Assembly: GCA_018304545.1 (NCBI GenBank)
Contig: JAGVVZ010000003.1
Location: forward strand, 32,987-96,986
Direction: 5' to 3'
Source: Candidatus Aenigmatarchaeota archaeon
Lineage (GTDB): Archaea > Aenigmatarchaeota > Aenigmatarchaeia > CG10238-14
Length of the DNA: 64,000 nt
Shown here: positions 9,555 through 19,422 of the stretch, in pieces
How the letters are laid out: each line of letters starts with the position of its first letter
Numbering within the stretch: the first letter of the stretch is position 1
Position numbers and translations under genes: made by a program
Notes under the pieces: model-generated
What the model saw: only the letters and a program-made list of their open reading frames with translations
Database searches by the model: none
Told to the model about the DNA's origin: nothing

Positions 9555-10021
9555 TTCAAGCTGGTTTATTTCTTTTGAAGGTTAACGTCCTGTTAATACC
9601 GTTCTATGTCATAAGCTATATCAAGTTCACTGTTTTGCCGTTGCAAACTGGTTTTGCTGCATTGATTGCTTTTATGCTGAAGGCTTTTAATTTGCAGGTT
9701 TTACAAGCCGATCAATTTCTCTATCTCGGTGCAGACAAATATCCGATAGACATTTCATTCGATTGCTTGGGTTGGAAATCCGTGTATTCACTCTCTGTCC
9801 TAGTAATTGCGACACCCGGCAATATCAAAGAGAAGCTGCATTTTCTAAAGATATGGTTACCTGTCCTGATTGCTATAAACATATTTCGTATAATATCAAT
9901 TATTTTATTAGGCAACGCATTGGGTTACCAGTATATAGAAGCTATCCATAATAATATTTGGCAGATAGGAATAATTGGATTGGTTGTAGGTGTGTGGTAT
10001 CTATGGTTGAAGAAAATGTAA
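9521..10021 (+). CDS. Archaeosortase/exosortase family membrane protein
   Basis: Multi-TM protein with ISFDCLG (Cys), NIFRI (Arg) and IHN (His), matching the exosortase-type triad. Confidence 0.75.
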   Translation: MAGNLQEKENLIQAGLFLLKVNVLLIPFYVISYIKFTVLPLQTGFAALIAFMLKAFNLQVLQADQFLYLGADKYPIDISFDCLGWKSVYSLSVLVIATPGNIKEKLHFLKIWLPVLIAINIFRIISIILLGNALGYQYIEAIHNNIWQIGIIGLVVGVWYLWLKKM

Positions 10022-10063
10022 AGAAATATCTTGTAGATTTTTCAAATTATTAAAAGGTGCAAA

Positions 10064-11539
10064 ATGCCAAACCCCGTCATTCGTGTAGAAAAGAACGTTG
10101 AGAAAATCAAGGACAAAGTAAAGATAGTAGAGCTCCAGTTAAGCAAAAGAATTTCCGATCTTGAATTAAGTGTTGGCAGACTTGAGGAAAGATTCAAAGA
10201 AATATGGGAGCTGATACCTAGTCTTAAAGATCGTGCGGAAGAGATAGAAGATCTTCTTAATGTAGTCAATCTCGGCATAGTTGATTTCAAAAAAAGTATG
10301 GAAGAGTTGCATTTGCGTGTTGGCAGCATAGAAGAATTACCTGGCAAGGTCGACAAAAGCATCGTTGAGCATAATGAGAAAATCAAGGCATTCGAAGCAA
10401 CTGTCAATAAATTGGACGACGACTTGAAAGCGTTGAACACAGCAAAAGAAGGGATAGTGATGAAGATTGACAACGCGATAATGCCTAATATTGATATAGT
10501 AAAAGAGTCCGGTGAAAAAAATAGAATCACTATAGAAGAAATGAAAAAGGATTTGGAAAACTTTTCTTATCTTGTCAAATCATTCCAACGGACTATAGAG
10601 CTGTCTGATATTGACAGCGTCATCAAGCGGTTTGACTTAGTCAATTCTAAGATACTGAATATTGAAGTGCAAATAGAATCTCTTAGAGGACGCGTGCCTG
10701 ACATGTCCACTCTTGATAAAGAAATGGAGATGATGAAAGCCAGAGTTCAGGAGATGATGAATGCTGTAGTTGACAGAGATACCAGAGTCAAAGAATCGGA
10801 AGCCACTATAAACATAATCAAGAACAAAATACAGGAACTGAAATTTGTTGAAACCGTTGAAAGTTTGAGATCAGATATTAAGGAAAAGGAAAAGATGATA
10901 CTGATAAATCAGATGAAGTTCGACGATCTCGCCCGCAAGTTTGAGAAGAGTTCTGACGAACTGAGCACGAAGATAGGCCTGTTGGAAAATACGATGAGGA
11001 AGGCAAAGCACATAGATCTGATTGAAGCTATTAGCAAAGACGTGCATGATCAAGTGTCTTATTTGGATGACACGAGATCAAATGTTGAAAAGCTGTCGAG
11101 CAAGGTAGAGAAGATATACTTCGATATGACAAGGAAAATGAATAACATGGAGATGCTCGAATCTGATCTGAAGAAAGTAAAGCTTGCGATATTTGAAATG
11201 CAAAAAAACATGGATGAAAGCAGGTTAGCTACGGAAGTGAGCGGTGTGAAACGTATAGCCAGCATAAGAGATTCCGAGGATTTGAGAAGCACTGTCAAAG
11301 AGATAAAAGAAAAAATTGACAAAATGCCTGAAGTGGATCAAGGCAAGATATCTACACTGGAGAACGAGCTTTCGTCACTGAAAAAGATGATGATCCCAAC
11401 CGTTTATGATACTCCCGTTGTCAATAAGGATTCTTCATTAATTGCGATGAAGGAAGTAATAAGCAGATTAGACTCAATAGATAGAAGACTGAACCAGCTT
11501 GAGATGAAGAATAAGGGACGACCTATCATTCTGGAGTAG
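10064..11539 (+). CDS. Long coiled-coil protein, function unknown
   Basis: 491 aa almost entirely heptad E/K/L-rich; ends PIILE. Confidence 0.7.
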   Translation: MPNPVIRVEKNVEKIKDKVKIVELQLSKRISDLELSVGRLEERFKEIWELIPSLKDRAEEIEDLLNVVNLGIVDFKKSMEELHLRVGSIEELPGKVDKSIVEHNEKIKAFEATVNKLDDDLKALNTAKEGIVMKIDNAIMPNIDIVKESGEKNRITIEEMKKDLENFSYLVKSFQRTIELSDIDSVIKRFDLVNSKILNIEVQIESLRGRVPDMSTLDKEMEMMKARVQEMMNAVVDRDTRVKESEATINIIKNKIQELKFVETVESLRSDIKEKEKMILINQMKFDDLARKFEKSSDELSTKIGLLENTMRKAKHIDLIEAISKDVHDQVSYLDDTRSNVEKLSSKVEKIYFDMTRKMNNMEMLESDLKKVKLAIFEMQKNMDESRLATEVSGVKRIASIRDSEDLRSTVKEIKEKIDKMPEVDQGKISTLENELSSLKKMMIPTVYDTPVVNKDSSLIAMKEVISRLDSIDRRLNQLEMKNKGRPIILE

Positions 11540-11585
11540 TTACATTTATTAAACGTATTTAAACCTAATTTTTTAGTAATGAATC

Positions 11586-12395
11586 ATGAGCGACCCAGAT
11601 GTTCAATTAAAGTTATCTAAAACTCAATACTTAGGACCTCCCAAGGATTCATTATTATTAAGAATAGCTACTGTGCCTGCTCTTGGCAGAGATTTTTCGT
11701 TATATACTAAGTCACTTTTTATATTTGATGGTCCATCCTTGGGAAGACTGAACATTGTAGATGATGTCAGATACAGAGCTACATGGCACCAATATGGGAA
11801 AATTTCACTGAGAGGCAGAAAACAAAAAATAGGTGCAGAACGAGTCAAACACCTTACATATGCGGTGTTATCTGCAATGGGTTTATCATTTATAGGTAAT
11901 TTATTTGATCTTGTTTACACCTTTAAAACAAGTCAAAGGTTTGATTTTGAATCTGATTTAGTTTTGAATCTTTATGACGAACAGGAAGGACAAAAAAGAA
12001 ATACTGCTGTTGGAACGCTCTCAGCGAGTGCTAAAAAACACTATGCCCGTACAAAAGAACAAAGAGATGCAATAAAAAAATTCACAGGAAATTTAAGTGA
12101 TACGACTGCGCTACCAAAAAGGATGTTGGAAAATTTAGAAAATTATCCTGTATTATCTGTATCAACCAAATATGCAATGCCTCGAAAAAGTGTTGATTAT
12201 GTTCTTTCTCTACAGAGAAGACAATTAAGCAATGAATATAAAGATCCCTTGTTGGTCATGAGAACAGGTGTTGATATTTCCGGCCTGAGTTCTGATCATT
12301 CTCATGATGTGCACAGAATTTGTTCCATTACACAAATACATGGATATCCGGTATTTGTAAATAGTGTGGATTTTCCCGGACCTAAATATGAATAA
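11586..12395 (+). CDS. Hypothetical protein (orphan)
   Basis: 269-aa ORF with TATA-like tttaaa upstream. Confidence 0.55.
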   Translation: MSDPDVQLKLSKTQYLGPPKDSLLLRIATVPALGRDFSLYTKSLFIFDGPSLGRLNIVDDVRYRATWHQYGKISLRGRKQKIGAERVKHLTYAVLSAMGLSFIGNLFDLVYTFKTSQRFDFESDLVLNLYDEQEGQKRNTAVGTLSASAKKHYARTKEQRDAIKKFTGNLSDTTALPKRMLENLENYPVLSVSTKYAMPRKSVDYVLSLQRRQLSNEYKDPLLVMRTGVDISGLSSDHSHDVHRICSITQIHGYPVFVNSVDFPGPKYE

Positions 12396-12471
12396 TAGCA
12401 TGAGATGTTTTTCTCAAGAACAAATCTTATTAATAAATAGCTATTGATAATTCTTTGTTATAGGTTTTGAA

Positions 12472-14583
12472 ATGGGATACACACTAATAATCACAGAAAA
12501 GCCCCAAGCAGCAAAGCAGATAGCCAATGCGTTATCAGACGGCTCGGCAAAGATGATCAAGAGAGGAGGTGCATATTATTTTGAATTTACTAGAAACGGC
12601 AGAAAACATTTTTGTGTGCCTGCTGTTGGTCATCTATTCATACTTGACACGATAAACACCAATGGTTGGAATTATCCGGTTTTCGATTTAGAGTGGGTTC
12701 CCACGCATACGAAAAAGGATTTGAAATGGACTGAAAAGTATTATCAAAATATTCAAGAATTAGCTAAGAAAGCGGATGACTTCATAGACGCGGCAGACTA
12801 TGATACAGAGGGTGAAGTCCTTCTATTCAACATCCTGAAATTTATCTGCAATAAAAATGATGCAAAGAGAATGAAATTCAGCACTCTGACCAAATCGGAT
12901 ATCGTCGATGCTTATGAAAACGTGTTTGATCATATTGATTTTGGTCAGGCTGAGGCTGGACTAACCCGGCATTATCTCGATGCTTTCTGGGGATTCAATA
13001 CAACCCGTGCTCTGACCAAGTCGCTGAACGATTTTTTGCATAAGGGTTTCACCGTAGTCTCAACTGGTCGCGTGCAGGGACCCACACTAGCAATATTAAC
13101 CAAGAGAGAAATAGATATCAGAAACTTCAAGCCTACTCCCTTTTGGGTTTTAGAACTGAAGGCTTTGAAGGAAGATCACATCATACCAGCAACCTACGAA
13201 AAGGAGAGAATACTAGATAAGAATGAAGCGAAAAGAATTTTTGAAGCATGTAAAAATAAAGATGCAAAGGTCAAAGATATACAAACAAAGAAATATAATC
13301 AATTGCCACCAACGCCTTTCGATACAACTACACTGCAGACAGAATCTTACAGATGCTTTGGCTTCTCTCCGACACAAACTCTCAGCATAGCCGAAAGCCT
13401 GTACACTCATGGTTATATTTCATATCCGCGAACCAGCAGCCAGAAATTGCCTCCTAAGATCGGATACAAACTGATATTATCAAGTCTGGGAAGGATGAAA
13501 TTTTTTGAAAAAGAGGCTGCCTTGTTGTTAAAGAAGAATGTATTAAGACCGAAAGAAGGTATTAAAGAAGATCCTGCTCATCCGGCAATATTCCCCACGG
13601 CTCAAACGCCTAACTTTGATAAATTGAGCCAACAGGAAAAGAAGGTATATGAGCTCGTCGTTAGAAGATTTTTAGCCACATTTGGCGATGCTGCTGTCAG
13701 AGAATCAATGAAGGTCGTGCTGGATGTCAACAACCATAATTTCATCGCCAATGGCGTGCAGACGCTATCACCTGGATGGACAGAATTATATGGAAGATTT
13801 GTTGAGTTGAAAGAAGAGACTCTTCCGGAACTGAAGATGGAAGAAATATTGAAAGTGAAAGAGTTGAAAATGTCCGAGAAGAAGACTCAGCCTCCTGCTC
13901 GCTACTCACAAGCATCCGTATTGAAAGAGATGGAGAAGAAGGAATTGGGAACGAAAGCAACTCGCGCATCCATACTGCAAACGCTATACGATCGTGGCTA
14001 CATCAAAGGCAAGAGCATCGAAGTCACTAAGTTCGGTGAACAGGTGATAAAGGTTCTAGAAGAGTATAGCCCGAAAGTAATTTCTGAAGAGTTAACAAGA
14101 AAATTTGAAGAAGAAATGGAAATGGTGAATAAACTCGAGAAGAAAAGAGAAGAGGTTGTAGAAGATGCGAAAAATCTGCTTACTGATGTAATGAAAGACT
14201 TCAAAGATAATGAGAAAAGAATTGGTGAAGAGTTATCGAAGGCTTACATAACATTCAAACAAGATCAGAAAAGAATTGGCGTTTGTCCTAAATGTGAAAA
14301 AGATCTCACGATTATTGTGTCAAGAAAAAGCGGGAAAAGATTTGTCGGCTGCTCTGGCTATAAAGACGGCTGTGATTTTTCGACGCCTTTGCCTCAAACG
14401 GGAAGTATAACAACGACTGATAAAAAATGTCAGACATGCGGTTATCCTATCATACACTTAAGGTTCAAGGGGAGGAGAATGATCGTTACATGCATCAATA
14501 TGAAATGTCCTACTAAAGAGAATTTGAATAATGAAAAAACCAAAGAGAATTCAAATAACAATTCAAAAGAAAATAGCAGTTAA
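12472..14583 (+). CDS. topA: Type IA DNA topoisomerase with C-terminal Zn ribbons
   Basis: TOPRIM IITEKP and DYDTEGE, STGRVQGPTL, catalytic ISYPRT, GTKATRA, CPKC/CSGY/CQTC. Confidence 0.95.
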   Translation: MGYTLIITEKPQAAKQIANALSDGSAKMIKRGGAYYFEFTRNGRKHFCVPAVGHLFILDTINTNGWNYPVFDLEWVPTHTKKDLKWTEKYYQNIQELAKKADDFIDAADYDTEGEVLLFNILKFICNKNDAKRMKFSTLTKSDIVDAYENVFDHIDFGQAEAGLTRHYLDAFWGFNTTRALTKSLNDFLHKGFTVVSTGRVQGPTLAILTKREIDIRNFKPTPFWVLELKALKEDHIIPATYEKERILDKNEAKRIFEACKNKDAKVKDIQTKKYNQLPPTPFDTTTLQTESYRCFGFSPTQTLSIAESLYTHGYISYPRTSSQKLPPKIGYKLILSSLGRMKFFEKEAALLLKKNVLRPKEGIKEDPAHPAIFPTAQTPNFDKLSQQEKKVYELVVRRFLATFGDAAVRESMKVVLDVNNHNFIANGVQTLSPGWTELYGRFVELKEETLPELKMEEILKVKELKMSEKKTQPPARYSQASVLKEMEKKELGTKATRASILQTLYDRGYIKGKSIEVTKFGEQVIKVLEEYSPKVISEELTRKFEEEMEMVNKLEKKREEVVEDAKNLLTDVMKDFKDNEKRIGEELSKAYITFKQDQKRIGVCPKCEKDLTIIVSRKSGKRFVGCSGYKDGCDFSTPLPQTGSITTTDKKCQTCGYPIIHLRFKGRRMIVTCINMKCPTKENLNNEKTKENSNNNSKENSS

Positions 14584-14616
14584 TTATTTTTATTGAAAAT
14601 TTAATATGGAAATATC

Positions 14617-15099
14617 TTATGTTGTAACTGGTCTTAAAACAGGATCAAATCTAACTCTTTGACGAGTTGGTCTATACAAATTTTTTGTCATATCAGATAA
14701 CACGAGTAAAACGGATGCTGAATAATACACCATAGACGCTCTTTGAATCTTATCTCCTTCAGCTATTCCCTCTCTTAGCATACATCTTCTATGATCCTTC
14801 AAATCATATACTTTAACTGATACTCTCTGAATGTTGTCATCCAGATAAACGTGAGAATCATCACCGCCTTTATAATATCTGACATTATGCAAATTAATCC
14901 AAGCTCCACCAAGAACAATAGGCTTTCCCAAAATTAACGGAAGTAAAAATCCGCCTATCATTCTGTCGTAACCTGTTATTTTAACTCCCTCTCTTTCTCT
15001 TAAAAAATCGCTTATCGAAGTTGCATCATATATATGAGGTAAAAAAAGATCTAAGAAATGATTGCCCTCTCCTTTAATTTGTGAATTAAAATGAAACAT
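14617..15099 (-). CDS. Hypothetical protein (orphan)
   Basis: 160-aa ORF filling the intergenic space. Confidence 0.5.
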   Translation of the reverse strand: MFHFNSQIKGEGNHFLDLFLPHIYDATSISDFLREREGVKITGYDRMIGGFLLPLILGKPIVLGGAWINLHNVRYYKGGDDSHVYLDDNIQRVSVKVYDLKDHRRCMLREGIAEGDKIQRASMVYYSASVLLVLSDMTKNLYRPTRQRVRFDPVLRPVTT

Positions 15100-15164
15100 A
15101 GCAAATCGCCAAATATTTCTAAGAATTAAATGAATAGAAATAGATTAAAAGTATTAGTCAGCAA

Positions 15165-17438
15165 CTAACATCCGTGTTTTCCGAAACATCCTACTGGCGT
15201 ATGCCTGCAACATCTCTTCCATCTTTTTGGGAAACAGCACGGCAAAAGCAAAAAGAACAACACTAATAAGAACAATAATAAGAATAGCAATAACCATGGC
15301 AACAAAGCACCTAAATCCATAGTTGGGAATTTGAATGGTTTTGTTGCTTTCAAACTAGATTCGAAATAATACACGGGAGATCCGGACGCTGCTAATGTAA
15401 AACCGTATTTTCCTGATTTGACATCGCATGGCACATCAACAACTGCTTCTACCGTCTTTCTCTGATTCATTTTCAATTGGACCTGTCCCGGCAATACGCT
15501 GAACCAGTCTGCCGATTCGCCAGATACGCTTAATGTGAATATGTCATCTGCCGTTCCTTTATTCAAAACATCGAATTTTATCGTGTTTGTTTCACAAATA
15601 TTTACCGGATATTCTTTCTTGCCGAATATTATTGGCACACCATCATTGATTACAAAATCTTCTGTCAATGAATCGCTTGAAAATGAATTGTAAACAGATG
15701 CTTTCATCTGAATAGTTCCTTCAGTGTCTTTAGGCACATTGAATGCAAACAGTATATCTCTGGATTGGGATGGGTACAATGTGTATGTGGCTGCAGAATA
15801 TGATCTCTTAAATGCCAGCATATCTGTATTTATGTTGTTTTCAACACTGCTGCCACAATTGAAAATTCTGGCTCTCATATTGGCTTGCTGCCCCGGTATC
15901 AGTTTATCATCTGTCCACAAATCTTCAACACTCAAGCAATGAGATGATCTAAACAAAGAGAACTGATCTATAACAACTCTCCTGTCAATCACAAAATCCC
16001 TTCTTACTACTCCGCAATCTTCAACTCTGAAAGATGAAAATTCTGTTTCTGTATCATCATTATCTACTATGACTTTCACTTCATGCGTTCCAAGATCCAA
16101 ATCAAACGCATCAAAATTAAATGTCGTTGAGAATTCTCTCCTATCATCCACATCCATTTCATGATCATCATCACCAACAAAGAAAAAATGTCCGTTATCG
16201 TCTTCCACATAAAACTTTGCTTCAACTCTTTCGTTGTCATTCCCTTCTTCTAATTCCACATCAACGGATAATTCTACAAGCTCGTCTTGATCTATGCAAA
16301 CGCTCGCAGGAGATGCCTCGAAATCATCCACTCTCAATTCATCATCACGATCATCATGATCTTCATCTACTGAAAATGTGTCCTGATCCTGAGCTGACAC
16401 TCCATCAACAGACGCTGTTATTTTTGCTGTATGTGTGCCATCGTTTAATCCGCTCGTATCTTCAATAAAGAATACATATTCCGACTGGCCCTCGCTCAAA
16501 TAAAATGTTATGCTATTCCTAAAATCATCATCAATATGCAATTTGGCAGTCACTGGATGCATGCCATTTGGAGCTTCAACTAAAGTGACTGTGCCTGTCA
16601 CTGTGACATCTTCTCCTTCGTCTAATGAAGATGGAGAGGCATCTACGCTATGAACGTCAATTGCAAAATCATCATCACAATCTACTGTTATCACAACCGT
16701 GTCTATTCCTTCTGCGCCTTGATTATCCCTTACTTTCAATGTGACTACATGAACCCCTTCTGGAAATGTATAAGTGAACACAACATCATTATCAATGAAG
16801 CTCCCGTCATCCCACCATTCATATGAAACAATATAGCCATCTAGATCGTAAGAATCTGATCCGTCTAAGATCGTCGTCTCGCCTGCGCACAAAGTTCTGT
16901 CTGTTCCTGCTATTGCCTGAGGCCTGACATTTAATATAGTTGTTGTAACAGGCGGGATTGTAGTTGTTGTACTGGTTGTAGTTGGGGGAATTGTAGTTGT
17001 TGGAGGAGGCAAAGTAGTTGTTGGAGGTATGGTTGTTGTAGGTGATCCGCAATTATCTGAAGACCATATCATGAAATCTCTCAAATAAGTCAGTTCTGAA
17101 CTGCTAGGATGATTATATACATCAAGTTGCTGTCTCTGGCAAGATCCTCCATTAAAACCCAAAGTTACAGGACCGGAAAAAATTTCTCTGTTACTTAAAC
17201 ACTCAGCACTGCCTTGGCCGTTGCAGGTGTATCTTTCTATTCTTCCACCCGTTCCAATTGTACATGTACCCGAATAAGGATCGCATCCGTTGCAATTAGG
17301 GTCTCCTGGATAAGCGCCGCATCTAGCAACTACACGACCACCATTTACTGGCGTGTTAGGATTATAAGCTAACACTAAACCCAGAGAAATAAGGATTATG
17401 ATGAATGTTGCCGTAATCTGAACGTTCATTTTATTCAT
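15165..17438 (-). CDS. Secreted membrane-anchored surface protein: Cys-rich head, Thr/Pro linker, PKD domain, acidic Ig/CARDB-like repeats, C-terminal TM
   Basis: Signal peptide; PTTT linker; LDGSDSYDLDGYIVSYEW (PKD); Leu-rich TM followed by Cys-rich tail. Confidence 0.8.
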   Translation of the reverse strand: MNKMNVQITATFIIILISLGLVLAYNPNTPVNGGRVVARCGAYPGDPNCNGCDPYSGTCTIGTGGRIERYTCNGQGSAECLSNREIFSGPVTLGFNGGSCQRQQLDVYNHPSSSELTYLRDFMIWSSDNCGSPTTTIPPTTTLPPPTTTIPPTTTSTTTTIPPVTTTILNVRPQAIAGTDRTLCAGETTILDGSDSYDLDGYIVSYEWWDDGSFIDNDVVFTYTFPEGVHVVTLKVRDNQGAEGIDTVVITVDCDDDFAIDVHSVDASPSSLDEGEDVTVTGTVTLVEAPNGMHPVTAKLHIDDDFRNSITFYLSEGQSEYVFFIEDTSGLNDGTHTAKITASVDGVSAQDQDTFSVDEDHDDRDDELRVDDFEASPASVCIDQDELVELSVDVELEEGNDNERVEAKFYVEDDNGHFFFVGDDDHEMDVDDRREFSTTFNFDAFDLDLGTHEVKVIVDNDDTETEFSSFRVEDCGVVRRDFVIDRRVVIDQFSLFRSSHCLSVEDLWTDDKLIPGQQANMRARIFNCGSSVENNINTDMLAFKRSYSAATYTLYPSQSRDILFAFNVPKDTEGTIQMKASVYNSFSSDSLTEDFVINDGVPIIFGKKEYPVNICETNTIKFDVLNKGTADDIFTLSVSGESADWFSVLPGQVQLKMNQRKTVEAVVDVPCDVKSGKYGFTLAASGSPVYYFESSLKATKPFKFPTMDLGALLPWLLLFLLLFLLVLFFLLLPCCFPKRWKRCCRHTPVGCFGKHGC

Positions 17439-17447
17439 GATTATCTT

Positions 17448-17464
17448 TTACTATTGAGTAGTAA
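17448..17464. promoter_or_regulatory. Candidate palindromic operator
   Basis: ttaCTAttgagTAGtaa between TATA-like box and start of the 17438 gene; 16/17 identical to 32775-32791. Confidence 0.5.
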
Positions 17465-17547
17465 TAGACTTAAATGCTTTTCTGTAATATTAAATTCACT
17501 ACAATATTATTTGAAAAAATAATAAACATATTTCGAAGTGATAATAT

Positions 17548-17769
17548 ATGGTTGGACAAGACGATGTAGAAGATGGATATCAATCATGGTATAAAGTTTT
17601 TCTAAAACCTGGAGATGATAGTGTTAATGATGTAATCAGTAGATTCATGAGGGGAAGGAATCCTTATGGGGTCGGGTCTAGAACTCTGAAACTGACTTGT
17701 GCTGTAGAAGGCAATTATGCTTATTTTAAATTTAAATATGTAGGAGAAATTTACGAGAAATCACTATAA
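17548..17769 (+). CDS. Small hypothetical protein
   Basis: 73 aa, GTGAT RBS-like motif upstream. Confidence 0.5.
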   Translation: MVGQDDVEDGYQSWYKVFLKPGDDSVNDVISRFMRGRNPYGVGSRTLKLTCAVEGNYAYFKFKYVGEIYEKSL

Positions 17770-17808
17770 AATCTTAAATTTTTATTGATCGATATATTAT
17801 GGTGAATT

Positions 17809-18030
17809 ATGCCTACTTACGATTATCCATCAAATAGATTAGAAACGCTAGAACAAGTGTTAAGACAATACGGTCTGAATCTGGCAAGTTCACAACGCGG
17901 ACAAGATATAAAAAGAAACGGAAAACCTGCCTTAGGATATTACTCCTTGGGAAAATTAACTGTTTTTGGAGAATATATGGAAGATCCGGCTATAGTAAAT
18001 TCTTTAAGAGATTTAAGTATTGTTCAATAA
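17809..18030 (+). CDS. Small hypothetical protein
   Basis: 73 aa, GGTGA RBS-like motif upstream. Confidence 0.5.
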   Translation: MPTYDYPSNRLETLEQVLRQYGLNLASSQRGQDIKRNGKPALGYYSLGKLTVFGEYMEDPAIVNSLRDLSIVQ

Positions 18031-18050
18031 TTATTCCACAAAGATAAGGT

Positions 18051-18704
18051 CTAACAAGTTATAGCAGTCCCACCGCTTGTAGAATCTGTATAGCAGTTGA
18101 CTCTATTGCCGTCTGCCTTATAATAAGTTGTAGCTCCTGATGCTACATTATTTTTCAAGCAGCAATAGTCTTTGGCATAATTTCTTTTAACATCATTCAA
18201 ATCATTTCTGGCTGAATTATATTTATTCTCAAACTCTATTTTCTCTGATGACAAATTGTCAACGCTTGCATCGCATCTATTCAGATCTTCTTCAGTGTCT
18301 TCAAACTGTTTTCTTAAAAGTTCGTAATCAGCATCACATTTGTTTAGATCTGTTGAACAAGAAGATAGAGAATCTGCCGCTTCAGCCTTTTGTTGTTGAC
18401 AACTATCTAATTGGTCTAGTTTGCCTGCATAGTTTTCATTGCATGAACTCAACTGGAATGAGGTATTGCCCAAGTTCTTGTTGCACACTGTTAAGTTGCT
18501 CTGAAGGTTTGTATTGTTAAACTCTAAAACTTCAACATGTTTTCCCGTTTTATAATTCCAATATGATAAGCCGATAATAGCAACGATAAGCAGGAAGACA
18601 GCAACTAATTTCAAATTGAATTTTGGCATATCAAATGCCGGTAAAGAAAATTTCCTATTCCCATACTTTCCCCAGTAATTGGGTAATTGTAACTTCATCA
18701 TCAT
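18051..18704 (-). CDS. N-terminally anchored Cys-periodic coiled-coil surface protein
   Basis: Single TM, then coiled coil with Cys spaced 14,14,14,7,21, then small Cys-containing C-terminal domain. Confidence 0.7.
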   Translation of the reverse strand: MMMKLQLPNYWGKYGNRKFSLPAFDMPKFNLKLVAVFLLIVAIIGLSYWNYKTGKHVEVLEFNNTNLQSNLTVCNKNLGNTSFQLSSCNENYAGKLDQLDSCQQQKAEAADSLSSCSTDLNKCDADYELLRKQFEDTEEDLNRCDASVDNLSSEKIEFENKYNSARNDLNDVKRNYAKDYCCLKNNVASGATTYYKADGNRVNCYTDSTSGGTAITC

Positions 18705-18725
18705 TAATCACCAGACATTAGATGA

Positions 18726-19061
18726 CTACTTTTCATCTTCTTTGAAAGATAACTTCAACTCTGGTATTTTTGGTGCTGTATTTATTATTTCAACTGTACT
18801 TTCAACTGCCTTCAATCCTTTCAATGTTAGAACATAAGAGTTTCCTTTCTTTGAAATAAAGCCGTGTTCTAATAGACAGTTCAAGTGTTTGTATACTTCG
18901 CTGGAGCCTATTGGTATTCCCATCCTGTCGAACCATTTCGTAATGATAGTATATCCCATCGGTTCGTTCTGCAGGATGAATAACAACATAAGTCTTTTAC
19001 CAGAAGCAAATGTGGCACTGATATCAAAAATGTCTTGAATCGTTTTTTCGTTCATAATCAT
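18726..19061 (-). CDS. Winged-helix transcriptional regulator (ArsR/PadR-like)
   Basis: FASGKRLMLL, SSEVYKHLNCLLEHGFISK, YVLTLKG. Confidence 0.75.
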   Translation of the reverse strand: MIMNEKTIQDIFDISATFASGKRLMLLFILQNEPMGYTIITKWFDRMGIPIGSSEVYKHLNCLLEHGFISKKGNSYVLTLKGLKAVESTVEIINTAPKIPELKLSFKEDEK

Positions 19062-19422
19062 ACCTTCATTAGTAATTACTTCTTAGTAAGTAATCTTTAT
19101 ATGCTTTAAATAGAAAGGGATTTAAACTTTACCGAGAGATTTTTTATTTCTTGTGCGAAAAAAATTTTCATGGAAATTATTTTTTTACATGATAGAAATT
19201 TAAATATTAATTTTAATGTGACAAAGAAATGTTGCTGCTACTGACTATGCTTTCATTCCAATTATGAAATTTCTAATAAGAGTCTGGATATTAAAAATTT
19301 AAGATTTTGGTGGGTTCCTAACGGTGTTATACCATTGATTTATTCTATAAAATCTCAGAAGAATTGAATTTAGTGCGGCAATATAAAAGTTTATAAAAAT
19401 CATTTTATGTAATAAAATTAGG

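Noticed and set aside
19062-19422. Possible ncRNA or tRNA in long intergenic spacers (also 41000-41387, 50521-50824)
   Set aside because: AT-rich with no GC-rich stems or cloverleaf visible. Consistent with divergent promoters.
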